DNA from: Fibrobacter succinogenes subsp. succinogenes S85 | GTDB lineage: Bacteria > Fibrobacterota > Fibrobacteria > Fibrobacterales > Fibrobacteraceae | NCBI RefSeq assembly: GCF_000146505.1 | Contig: NC_017448.1 | Location: forward strand, 1,050,001-1,082,000 | Direction: 5' to 3' | Length of the DNA: 32,000 nucleotides | In this document: positions 8,305 to 16,621 of the stretch, in pieces | Position numbering within the stretch: position 1 is the stretch's first letter | How the letters are laid out: every line of letters starts with the position of its first letter | Position numbers and translations under genes: made by a program | Notes under the pieces: model-generated | Told to the model about the DNA's origin: nothing | Databases searched by the model: none | Seen by the model: the letters and a program-made list of their open reading frames with translations, nothing else

Positions 8305-9339
8305 ATGAACGCTGAATTTATACAGAACTTGCCCACCGCGGAACAGGCGATAGCGCGCCTGCGTGAGCTCGGCATGCCCCGTCGCAATAACGAACTTTGG
8401 TCGTTCTTCCCGGTTGCCAAAATCCCAACACCGGAATTCATGGACACGGATTTTGCGGCAGCCCCAACGACTTTCCCGGCAGCAGCCCCGGCCAACCAAG
8501 AAACCGACTTTGCCGCCCTCCTCCCGATTGCAAATCAAGCCCGCCCCATGATTCGCGAAATCGTGCCCGGCGCAGCCGAAATGGCGATGCTCAAGTGCAA
8601 CAACGACTTCGGTCACACAGTTCTTGACATCGGCAAAGGCGCCAAGGTGAGCCTCGAAATTCTCGACAACAAGGTCACTCACGACATCGCCGCCGAGCGT
8701 TTTGACATCAACGTCGGCGAAAATGCAGATGTCGAAATCTTCTTTGCAAACCCGGCCTGCGATTTGCCGCTCCGCTTTAGGCATTTCAACATCAACCAGG
8801 CCGCAGGTGCCAACGTCCGCTTTTCGAGCATCTGCAAGGATACAGCCATTGGCCGCGTCAGCGTCGAATGCCACCTCAAAGGCGAAGGCGCCAACTTCGA
8901 TTACCGCAGCCTCCACGTTCTCGATGGCGAAGCCTCGCAGCACAGCCGCCTCACAATTTACCACGAAGCCCCGCGCACCACAAGCACACAGCTTGCCCGC
9001 AACTTGCTTTCTGGTTCTGCACGTGTGAGCTACGACGGAAGCGTCATCGTCGGTTACGACTGCACAGGCGTCAACTCGAGCCAGCTCGTGAATACAATCC
9101 TCTTGAGCGAAGATGCTAGCGTCTCCGTGAAGCCCGTCCTCAAGATTTATCACGATGACGTGGAATGCACGCACGGCAACACCGTCGGCGAACTCGATGC
9201 TGAACAGATGTTCTACCTCGTGAGCCGCGGCATCCCCAAAAAGGCTGCCCAGGAAATGCTCATGCGCTCCTTTGCTCAAGAGACGTTCCTCCCGCTCCCC
9301 GACAGCCCCGCGAAAAAGCGATTGATGGCGGAAATTTAG
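8305..9339 (+). CDS. sufD: SufB/SufD-family Fe-S assembly scaffold, short SufD-like form (344 aa)
   Basis: C-terminal KIYHDDVECTHGNTVGELDAEQMFYLVSRGIPKKAAQEMLMRSF matches the SufD DDVKCSHGATVG..EQ.FYL.SRGI signature. It starts 15 nt after sufC. Confidence 0.85.
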   Translation: MNAEFIQNLPTAEQAIARLRELGMPRRNNELWSFFPVAKIPTPEFMDTDFAAAPTTFPAAAPANQETDFAALLPIANQARPMIREIVPGAAEMAMLKCNNDFGHTVLDIGKGAKVSLEILDNKVTHDIAAERFDINVGENADVEIFFANPACDLPLRFRHFNINQAAGANVRFSSICKDTAIGRVSVECHLKGEGANFDYRSLHVLDGEASQHSRLTIYHEAPRTTSTQLARNLLSGSARVSYDGSVIVGYDCTGVNSSQLVNTILLSEDASVSVKPVLKIYHDDVECTHGNTVGELDAEQMFYLVSRGIPKKAAQEMLMRSFAQETFLPLPDSPAKKRLMAEI

Positions 9340-9489
9340 ACGACAAATGCGTAAGGCGAATGAAGCAGGATTGCTTGCAAGCCTATTTCTGAGCCTAGCA
9401 TTTGGTACTTGTACAAAGAACGCTCGCAAACTCGCTACAGACGAGAGACGAGAGAGCCTGTAAGATACAGACACAACTAAACGATAAAA

Positions 9490-9520
9490 AAGGCGACTTC
9501 GGTCGCCTTATTTTATTTTT
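9490..9520 (+). terminator. Intrinsic terminator after the sufD-like gene
   Basis: aaggcgac-ttcg-gtcgcctt followed by ttttattttt. Confidence 0.8.
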
Positions 9521-9549
9521 AACAGATAAGATTTTTTATATTCTTCTAT

Positions 9550-10398
9550 ATGAAAAAATTTATCCTTATTATTGCATTGGGAGCATTGAACGCATTCGCT
9601 ATCGATTGCCTTCGTTCCACCCTTGACATTTTCATCAAAGACTACCCAACATCCACTGAGCCTACAATATTGAATTACAAGAACTTTCTTGTAGATAGCA
9701 TTTACTCCCAACAAGGATACTCTAGCCAACCCCAAAAGTACGAAAACTATAAGTATTACTATACAGGCTCTTACGTTGACAGTGCTAGGGTTTACACCAA
9801 GAAAAAAGGCTCTGACGATTGGGAAATCAAAGTCCAAGATCACGAGTCCCTTAACTATGGAGCTCTCGATGTCAAGATAACCATTACGCAAGAGGGAGAT
9901 TTCAAAATAATCCGCAAAGAAGGCAAGGGCAATCCACCCATCATTGAATATGTGGTTTACGAAGATAAGGACTCCGTCTTCTTTGTCAAGTCTTATGTTG
10001 AAAAAAACGGGGAAAAAACCAACTCTTATCTCTACAATTACTATATAAGTAATGATACTTTATACCAATTCAACGATGGAAGGAATACATTCATCGTTCA
10101 AGACTCAACAAACGAAAGCAAATGCTACGAATACGGTTCATCAACCGAAAGTGATTTCCAAGTCTCTTACGAATACGAAATGAGAGGCGACACACTTACC
10201 GCCACCGAAAAAAAACACGGGGACAACCAAAGGACAATCACCATATTCCTTGTTCCCAGTGAAAAATACTCTAGCACCGTTTCTAGCCCCATTACTTCCG
10301 CAACACGACGCCTCAAATTGAATCCGGCAAAATCGCGAGACTTCGATTTGCTCGGCCGCCCCGCCAAGAACAAGCACATCGCTATTTTCAAGCATTAA
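9550..10398 (+). CDS. Hypothetical secreted protein (282 aa), AT-rich, basic C-terminal tail
   Basis: Signal peptide MKKFILIIALGALNAFA|IDC. Tyr/Asn/Lys-rich body. The C-terminus is RRLKLNPAKSRDFDLLGRPAKNKHIAIFKH. Confidence 0.7.
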   Translation: MKKFILIIALGALNAFAIDCLRSTLDIFIKDYPTSTEPTILNYKNFLVDSIYSQQGYSSQPQKYENYKYYYTGSYVDSARVYTKKKGSDDWEIKVQDHESLNYGALDVKITITQEGDFKIIRKEGKGNPPIIEYVVYEDKDSVFFVKSYVEKNGEKTNSYLYNYYISNDTLYQFNDGRNTFIVQDSTNESKCYEYGSSTESDFQVSYEYEMRGDTLTATEKKHGDNQRTITIFLVPSEKYSSTVSSPITSATRRLKLNPAKSRDFDLLGRPAKNKHIAIFKH

Positions 10399-10430
10399 AA
10401 AAATCCGCCGGACGTATCCGACGGATTTTT
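10399..10430 (+). terminator. Intrinsic terminator
   Basis: tccgccgga-cgta-tccgacgga (9 bp, one mismatch), flanked by an A-run and ttttt. Confidence 0.7.
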
Positions 10431-10703
10431 CCATTGCTGTGAGAACTCTCATTACCTTTCATTCCCGAAAGCGGCTTCAGCCGCGAATGAACTCAACAGC
10501 AATGGACCACACACCCCAAACATCCCAAACACCCTAATTTTTCCCTTCTTCCTTTTGTACCAGTGGGCTACCACCGGCACATTTATAAATGTATACGAGA
10601 AATCAAGGGCGCGCTAAAAATATTTTCAAAAGCAACATCCAAACAAGAAAGTTCCAAGTCGGAATATTTTTTTAAAGGAGATTCCCGCGCGGTGGCGCGG
10701 TAT

Positions 10704-10733
10704 AATAAAAAAATCCCGCGAAAAGCGGGAAAT
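10704..10733 (-). terminator. Intrinsic terminator (minus-strand sense)
   Basis: tcccgc-gaaaa-gcggga. Read on the minus strand it is followed by a T-run of 8 or more (the complement of aaaaaaa at 10706-10713). It lies 10 nt downstream of the small ORF stop. Confidence 0.6.
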
Positions 10734-10742
10734 TTAAAGGTT

Positions 10743-10877
10743 TTACATGATGTTCACAAGGAACAATAGAGCGGAGCCGCTAAAGGCAACCACAAAATTT
10801 ACGACGAATTCCTCAAAAGCAGTCCGCTTCGGGTCTTCGTCTGTGTATTGATCTTCTTCCCAGTATCCCATTCTCAT
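10743..10877 (-). CDS. Candidate 44-aa tail-anchored membrane peptide downstream of the SulP gene
   Basis: Below the track cutoff. Sequence is MRMGYWEEDQYTDEDPKRTAFEEFVVNFVVAFSGSALLFLVNIM, an acidic N-half followed by one hydrophobic helix. A GGAG sits 13-16 nt upstream inside a hairpin, and a terminator follows immediately. Confidence 0.3.
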   Translation of the reverse strand: MRMGYWEEDQYTDEDPKRTAFEEFVVNFVVAFSGSALLFLVNIM

Positions 10878-11032
10878 CTCGTAAACCGTAGGATTCTCCT
10901 ACGAAGCTTAATTTAACTTTTTTTTTCAAAAATCAAAAGACTTTTTTAAAAAATTATTTACGATATTTCAGAAAATTTGAGCAAAGTTACCCGATAAACC
11001 CGTACAAAGTTTACTTATTTCGTACGGACTTA

Positions 11033-12937
11033 TTACTTGCGATCTTCAATCTTCTTGATGGGTTCGTCCATCATGCGTTCGGCAATGACTTCCGGAGTTT
11101 CTTCAGCCACGGCAGCGTTCGATTCTTCCGGCATCCACGGCTTGTCGAGGCTCTTTTCCCAAGACACGGTCGGAGCCTTCTGTTCTTCCTGGGAGGCATC
11201 CACAATCGGGAGGCCAAGGAGTTCGCGGGCGCGGTTGAGAGCAGCGTCAATGTTACCGAGAGCGTTTTCTTCGCCAAGCTGGGCAAGCACACCGGCACGG
11301 GTCAAAGCCACCACCGGCTGGGCATGCACGCCACTCAAGAGAAGCTGCGTACCTTCGCTCTTGCAACGCTTGAGCAAGTCTTCAATCATGTTGATACCGG
11401 CAGCGTCAATGCTAGAGACGCTACGCATGCGCAAAATCAAGATCTTCGGCTTTTCGGAAATGCGGTTCATCGTTTCCTTGAACTTGTCCACCGCACCAAA
11501 GAAGAGGGAACCGGCAAGTTCGTACACAAGCACGCCCTTCGGCACCTGGCGGCCGAGGGTATTACGGGCAGCTTCGTCATCGTCATCCTTCAAGGCAGAA
11601 GAAACCGCTTCGACTTCGGCGACATCGCTCATGCGCTTGATGAAGAGCACGGCAGCAAGGAGCACGCCCACTTCGATAGCAACCGTAAGGTCGATAATCA
11701 CCGTGAGGAAGAATGCAACAAGCATCACCGTCACATCGCTCTTCGGAGCCTTGAACATCTTGATCACGCTGCGGTAACCGCACATATTGAAAGCGACCTG
11801 GAAAAGCACGGCAGCAAGGGCTGCCATCGGGATCATTTCGGCATACTTGCCAAGCACGAGCATAATGAGCAAAAGAACGACAGCGTGAACAAGGCCAGAA
11901 ATCGGGCTCACGGCACCGTTACGGATGTTCGTTGCGGTACGGGCAATAGCACCCGTTGCCGGGATACCGCCAAAAATCGGGCTCAAGATATTTGCGACAC
12001 CCTGACCGAAAAGTTCCGTATTAGAGCGGTGCTTGGTACTCGTCATACCGTCAGCCACCACTGCAGAAAGGAGCGATTCGATAGCGCCGAGCATAGCAAT
12101 CGTAAGTGCCGGCTGGAACACCTTTTGCATCATTTCGAGGCTGATATTCGGGAGGTGCGGCACAGGGAATCCGCTCGGGATGTGGTTTTTCATGCCAATC
12201 GTCACGACGCCGTGACCGTTCACCGGATCATCCCAGCCAAGGACCTTCACCATTACCGTTGCAACGATAATCGCAATGAGGGAACCCGGAACCTTCGTAG
12301 TAATCTTCGGCCACAAAATGCAAACCGCGAGAGCGACAACGCCCACAATCACGGAATAGACGTTCATGGAACCGAAAGAAGAAACGTAAAGCTTGATTTT
12401 GCCCACGGCGTCAGCCGGGTCAGCGCCCGCAAAAGTAAGGCCGAAGAAGTTCGGCACCTGGCCAAGCGCAATAATAATAGCGATACCCGCCGTAAATCCG
12501 ACCGTCACCGGATACGGGATGAACTTGATAATCGCACCAAATTTAGCAAGACCGAAAATGACGAGGAAAATACCGGCCAAGAGCGTTGCCGAAGCAAGGC
12601 CATCGTAACCGTACTGGCTCACAATGCCATAGACAATCACGATGAATGCGCCCGTCGGGCCGCCAATCTGGAAGCGGGAACCGCCCAACAGCGAGATGAT
12701 GAAGCCCGCGATAATGGCGGTGTAAAGGCCCTGTTCCGGACCCACGCCAGAAGCGATAGCAAACGCAATCGCCAAGGGGAGAGCCAAAATGCCAACAATC
12801 AAGCCCGACATCAAGTCGCTAGTGAAATCCTTGCGAGTGTAGCCGCGCTTGATGCTACGAACGATTTCCGGGGTGATTGTCGAAACGACGCCTGTCAAAT
12901 ACTGCTTGACGGATTCCTTGGCGTGAATATCAGACAT
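11033..12937 (-). CDS. SulP-family anion permease with C-terminal STAS domain
   Basis: 634 aa. DLMSGLIVGILALPLAIAFAIASGV is the SulP signature region, followed by multiple TM segments. The STAS-like part is VLVYELAGSLFFGAVDKF...ILILRMRSVSSIDAAG. Confidence 0.92.
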   Translation of the reverse strand: MSDIHAKESVKQYLTGVVSTITPEIVRSIKRGYTRKDFTSDLMSGLIVGILALPLAIAFAIASGVGPEQGLYTAIIAGFIISLLGGSRFQIGGPTGAFIVIVYGIVSQYGYDGLASATLLAGIFLVIFGLAKFGAIIKFIPYPVTVGFTAGIAIIIALGQVPNFFGLTFAGADPADAVGKIKLYVSSFGSMNVYSVIVGVVALAVCILWPKITTKVPGSLIAIIVATVMVKVLGWDDPVNGHGVVTIGMKNHIPSGFPVPHLPNISLEMMQKVFQPALTIAMLGAIESLLSAVVADGMTSTKHRSNTELFGQGVANILSPIFGGIPATGAIARTATNIRNGAVSPISGLVHAVVLLLIMLVLGKYAEMIPMAALAAVLFQVAFNMCGYRSVIKMFKAPKSDVTVMLVAFFLTVIIDLTVAIEVGVLLAAVLFIKRMSDVAEVEAVSSALKDDDDEAARNTLGRQVPKGVLVYELAGSLFFGAVDKFKETMNRISEKPKILILRMRSVSSIDAAGINMIEDLLKRCKSEGTQLLLSGVHAQPVVALTRAGVLAQLGEENALGNIDAALNRARELLGLPIVDASQEEQKAPTVSWEKSLDKPWMPEESNAAVAEETPEVIAERMMDEPIKKIEDRK

Positions 12938-13026
12938 TGAAGGTCTCCATATTAAATTCGAGACCCAAATTTAGGAATTTACCCCAATTTCGTTAAGGGG
13001 GGTAAGATTTTTTTATAAAATATATT

Positions 13027-13368
13027 TTACAGCAAGCCCTTCTTTGCAGAGCGCATCAGGTTCTTGACTTGCTTTTTGTCCATCGCAGGCACGTTTGCGT
13101 CTTCAAAGCGCTTGGACCGTGGAGCACAATCTTCGCAGAGGTGCTTGACCACCGTCCCAAAACTTGCGGCTCCATCGGACACGGACATTTCACGGGAGCG
13201 GTAAGAGCGCAGCAAGGCTTCCTTGTGGCACTTGTCGCAGATGCCCATCTTGGGGGCGGCAGGCTCGCGGGCAGTATTGCGTTTCTGCTTGTCCTTTTCG
13301 GAATCAATGGAGAACGCACGGCTCATGGCCGCATTTTTACTAGCAAAACGATTGTCAAAAAGACCCAT
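13027..13368 (-). CDS. Hypothetical zinc-ribbon protein (113 aa)
   Basis: CDKC ...(about 33 aa)... CEDC. Basic termini. It starts 2 nt after the upstream gene on the same strand. Confidence 0.6.
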   Translation of the reverse strand: MGLFDNRFASKNAAMSRAFSIDSEKDKQKRNTAREPAAPKMGICDKCHKEALLRSYRSREMSVSDGAASFGTVVKHLCEDCAPRSKRFEDANVPAMDKKQVKNLMRSAKKGLL

Positions 13369-13370
13369 AA

Positions 13371-13961
13371 TTACATCTCCTTTAAATCTTCTACAAGTTT
13401 ATCCTGCAAATATAGCGCTAAAAGCATGCAGCAAAGCGACGTGGCAGAGCCATCTTCCATAAAGAGGGAGCGCCCGAACTTGCCGCGTTCCATCTGCTTT
13501 TCCTTGAACGTCTCGGCAAATTCCGCAAAATCGAGAAGCTTTGTGCGGGGGGCATTCGCAGCGCAAAACTCACGAATCATTGTATTTAGATATTCCACCT
13601 CGCTTACCGCAATCGGGAACATTTCCGGGGGAATCGTGAGCAAAAAAAGTCGCGACTGCGTCTTGTTCACGAGTTCATTCACGAGCGTTTCGTAAAGCAA
13701 GGCAATCGAGGCGCCATCGGTACCGCCGTGGTTCAGTTCACGCAACCCAAGCCCCATGATAATGCGGCCGGCATTTTTGCCTATGACATCGGAAGAAAGG
13801 CGCGCTTTGATTTGCGATAACGAGACCGCAACAGGCACATTTACGGAAAACTGTATAGGTCGGCTGGGTTCCCGGCACAGCACGGCTTCCACAAAACGGT
13901 TCGCCGCTTCGCCCTTTGGCCCAAATAATTCATCGCCTATAACTAATACTCTGTTTTCCAC
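13371..13961 (-). CDS. SGNH/GDSL-hydrolase-like protein, apparently lacking the catalytic Ser
   Basis: The N-terminal block VLVIGDELFG resembles SGNH block I, but with Glu where the nucleophile Ser is expected. Length (196 aa) and IIMGLGLRELNHGG fit the fold. I could not find a DxxH block. Confidence 0.5.
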   Translation of the reverse strand: MENRVLVIGDELFGPKGEAANRFVEAVLCREPSRPIQFSVNVPVAVSLSQIKARLSSDVIGKNAGRIIMGLGLRELNHGGTDGASIALLYETLVNELVNKTQSRLFLLTIPPEMFPIAVSEVEYLNTMIREFCAANAPRTKLLDFAEFAETFKEKQMERGKFGRSLFMEDGSATSLCCMLLALYLQDKLVEDLKEM

Positions 13962-13970
13962 ATAAACAAT

Positions 13971-14519
13971 CTATACTTTAGAATCCGATTTGACCACAGA
14001 GATTTCCCAATAATTGCCTTTTTTTTCGCGTGAAAGCACTTTATGGCCGTCAGCAATGAGCGATCCGGGCACATTTTCAATCGGGGACCCCTCATCTAGC
14101 CAGATTTTGAGCGTTCGGCCTGCCGGATAACCGGACATGACGATTCGCGAACGGACGGAATTGAGGGGGCATTTTACGCCACGGAGATCCAAAAGGGAGG
14201 GAATTTCGCCCTGGAGGGTGGCAGGTAACGGCAAAATTTTCGCTTTTTCGCAGAAATCGGCGATTTCTTCGGTGTAATTTTCGGGATTTTCAGCCCATTC
14301 CCCCACCGGGAACTCCGAAAGACCACAACATACTATTTTGGATAGAGCCTCTTCGGGGGTAAGGAGTGCCGATGTACCGCGACGGATCCATTCCACACAC
14401 GCGTACATTAACAATTTACGTAAAGATTCTGTAAAACCTGCAGTTTCGCGGTTCGCATCTATCCAGCGAGCGATTGGAGATGTTAAATTTTTCTTGCGTT
14501 CATCTGCCATTTTTTGCAT
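13971..14519 (-). CDS. TusA/SirA-family sulfur-carrier domain protein with a ~105-aa N-terminal extension
   Basis: C-terminal LLDLRGVKCPLNSVRSRIVM ... TLKIWLDEGSPIENVPGSLIADGHKVL matches the TusA LD.RG..CP motif and domain length. Confidence 0.7.
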   Translation of the reverse strand: MQKMADERKKNLTSPIARWIDANRETAGFTESLRKLLMYACVEWIRRGTSALLTPEEALSKIVCCGLSEFPVGEWAENPENYTEEIADFCEKAKILPLPATLQGEIPSLLDLRGVKCPLNSVRSRIVMSGYPAGRTLKIWLDEGSPIENVPGSLIADGHKVLSREKKGNYWEISVVKSDSKV

Positions 14520-14673
14520 ATTTCGCCATTGTAAAAAAGTCTAATCATACCTATGTAAAAATACACTTTCCAAAGCAAAAAATGGGCCAAAATTCCTGAA
14601 AAATGTAGCAAAGGTCACATAGCGTTTCTATATTTGGCCCCAAGCATTCAATAAATGCAAAGGTTACAGTAGA

Positions 14674-16227
14674 ATGAGTACTATACTACTATACGCAATG
14701 TTCGTCGTCTACGTTATCGCAGGCGTGGGATTGGTGATTTACGGGTTCAGTTGCTACTATAGCATTTACCTGTTCCTCAAGAACAGCCGCAAGACGCGAC
14801 TTTCAGACCGCAAAGCGATCTTGAAGTACTACCGCGAACATTCGCTCGCAGACCTCCCGCAGGTCACGACCCAGCTCCCGGTTTTTAACGAAGCCAACTG
14901 CGTTGAACGTCTCCTCGAAGCCGTCTGCGCCATCGACTACCCCAAGGACAAGCACGAAATCCAGGTCTTAGACGACTCCACGGACGAGTGCTACGAAGTC
15001 ACCAAGAAGAAAGTTGCTGAACTCGCCGCCCGCGGTTATGACATCAAGCTCATCCACCGCACGAACCGCAAGGACTTCAAGGCTGGCGCCCTCAAGGAAG
15101 GCATGGCTGTTGCAAAGGGTGAATTCCTCGCCATCTTCGACGCCGACTTCGTTCCTGAAAAAGACTTCCTCTTGAAGACCGTCCCATACTTGGTCATGGA
15201 TCCGCAGGTAGGCCTTGTCCAGGGCCGCTGGGGTCACTTGAACCGCACCGAATCCGGTTTGACGCTCGCTCAGTCTATTGGCATTGACGGTCACTTTGTG
15301 ATTGAACAGTCCGCACGTAGCTGGGGCAAGCTCTTTATGAACTTCAACGGTACCGCCGGTGTCTGGCGCAAGGACGCTATTTACGGTGGTGGCGGCTGGG
15401 AAGGCGATACGCTCACCGAAGACATGGACCTTTCTTACCGTTCCCAGCTTGCTGGTTGGAAGATGAAGTTTGTGTTCGACGTGATTGTTCCGGCTGAACT
15501 CCCGAACGACATCAACGCTTTCAAGGCTCAGCAGTTCCGTTGGGCAAAGGGTTCCATCCAGACCGCTATCAAGATTTTGCCGAAGGTTTTGCGTTCCAAG
15601 GTTCCGCTCCGCGTGAAGATTGGCGCCATCCTCCACACGACGCACTACTCGATCCACCCCTGCATGTTGTTCACAGCACTCTGCGCTTGGCCGTTGCTCG
15701 CGTTCTTTGAACCGGTCGGACACCTCCCCACTTGGGCATACACGGTTGGTTTCGCATTCATTTTCCTCGCCGCAATCGCGCCTTCTGTTCTTTACTTTGT
15801 CGCCCAGCGTTGCTCCGGCTACACCGGTTGGAAGATCCGCTTGCTCTCGCTCCCCATCTTGATGGCCCTCGGCGTTGGCATCGCAGTCAGCAACTCCCGC
15901 GCAGTGTTCGCCGCAGTTCTCGGTACAAAGGGCAGCTTCGTCCGTACCCCGAAGAGCGGTGGTGCAAAGAAGAAGGCCAAGAGCCATTACGCACAAAAGT
16001 TCCCGTGGATGGCACTTATCGAACTCCTCGTCGGCGTCTACTGCATTTTCGGTTTGCTCGAATACATCAACGCCAGCAAATACATCATCGGACCGTTCCT
16101 TGCCCTTTATGCAATCGGATTCCTCTCGGTGAGCGTGCTTAGCTTTATGCATTACATCAGCAACATTTTTGAAGTTCGCAAAGCCATTAAGTGCTCTGAA
16201 TGCGTCGAAGAACAGGCTACGAACTAA
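14674..16227 (+). CDS. Processive family-2 glycosyltransferase (cellulose-synthase-like, CslA/glucomannan-synthase type)
   Basis: N-terminal TM, then LDDSTDE, IFDADF, LTEDMDLSYR and QQFRWAKG (the D,D,D,QxxRW hallmarks). Several C-terminal TM helices follow. Confidence 0.9.
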   Translation: MSTILLYAMFVVYVIAGVGLVIYGFSCYYSIYLFLKNSRKTRLSDRKAILKYYREHSLADLPQVTTQLPVFNEANCVERLLEAVCAIDYPKDKHEIQVLDDSTDECYEVTKKKVAELAARGYDIKLIHRTNRKDFKAGALKEGMAVAKGEFLAIFDADFVPEKDFLLKTVPYLVMDPQVGLVQGRWGHLNRTESGLTLAQSIGIDGHFVIEQSARSWGKLFMNFNGTAGVWRKDAIYGGGGWEGDTLTEDMDLSYRSQLAGWKMKFVFDVIVPAELPNDINAFKAQQFRWAKGSIQTAIKILPKVLRSKVPLRVKIGAILHTTHYSIHPCMLFTALCAWPLLAFFEPVGHLPTWAYTVGFAFIFLAAIAPSVLYFVAQRCSGYTGWKIRLLSLPILMALGVGIAVSNSRAVFAAVLGTKGSFVRTPKSGGAKKKAKSHYAQKFPWMALIELLVGVYCIFGLLEYINASKYIIGPFLALYAIGFLSVSVLSFMHYISNIFEVRKAIKCSECVEEQATN

Positions 16228-16275
16228 GTTATAGCTCAGCAAGATGCGGCGAGATTCGCCAAACGCAATTCAAGA

Positions 16276-16302
16276 AGTCCCGCAAACGCGGGGCTTTTTT
16301 TG
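16276..16302 (+). terminator. Intrinsic terminator after the GT2 gene
   Basis: agtcccgc-aaac-gcggggct followed by ttttttt. Confidence 0.75.
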
Positions 16303-16318
16303 TTGGTGTTTTGGGGCT

Positions 16319-16597
16319 CTAGAATCGCGCACGAATGGCGCCACGGGATGCACGAGATTCGCCCGAGGTAGTGTCGCAAGGCGGGAGGCCACGCACAAAG
16401 CGGGTGCGGCAGCGGAGTTCTTGAGCTTTCCCGGTCGCAAAGTGGACATAGTTGTCCGAAGTTGCAACAACGCCGTGATGGAACATCGAATAAACGTTCA
16501 ACGAGACGGTCGTGAGGATCGCGGCAACCGTTATGGCGACAAGCATTTCCAAAAGCGTAAAGCCGTGTCGAGATGTTTTAGGCAGAGCTAGATTCAT
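16319..16597 (-). CDS. Prepilin-type N-terminal cleavage/methylation domain protein (pseudopilin-like, 92 aa)
   Basis: MNLALPKTSRHG|FTLLEMLVAITVAAILTTV is a class III signal peptide with Glu at +5. Confidence 0.75.
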   Translation of the reverse strand: MNLALPKTSRHGFTLLEMLVAITVAAILTTVSLNVYSMFHHGVVATSDNYVHFATGKAQELRCRTRFVRGLPPCDTTSGESRASRGAIRARF

Positions 16598-16621
16598 CGC
16601 AAATAAAAAAGCCTCCGATCC

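Noticed and set aside
7543-9474. 643-aa minus-strand ORF, the longest in the track.
   Set aside because: It lies exactly antisense to sufC plus the sufD-like gene, which carry unambiguous motifs. Its translation is low-complexity (Ala/Val/Arg/Phe-rich) with no motifs. It is a stop-free shadow frame caused by codon bias.
10563-10769. 68-aa plus-strand ORF in the 630-nt intergenic region.
   Set aside because: It has a non-ATG start and reads straight through two terminator-type hairpins (10685-10700 and 10714-10730). The composition is that of AT-rich spacer.
11324-12940. 538-aa plus-strand ORF, with a 246-aa ORF at 11037-11777.
   Set aside because: It is antisense to the SulP permease. The translation is Arg/His/Asp-rich nonsense with no TM or domain pattern.
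14968-16242. 424-aa minus-strand ORF.
   Set aside because: It is antisense to the GT2 synthase, which has D,D,D,QxxRW.
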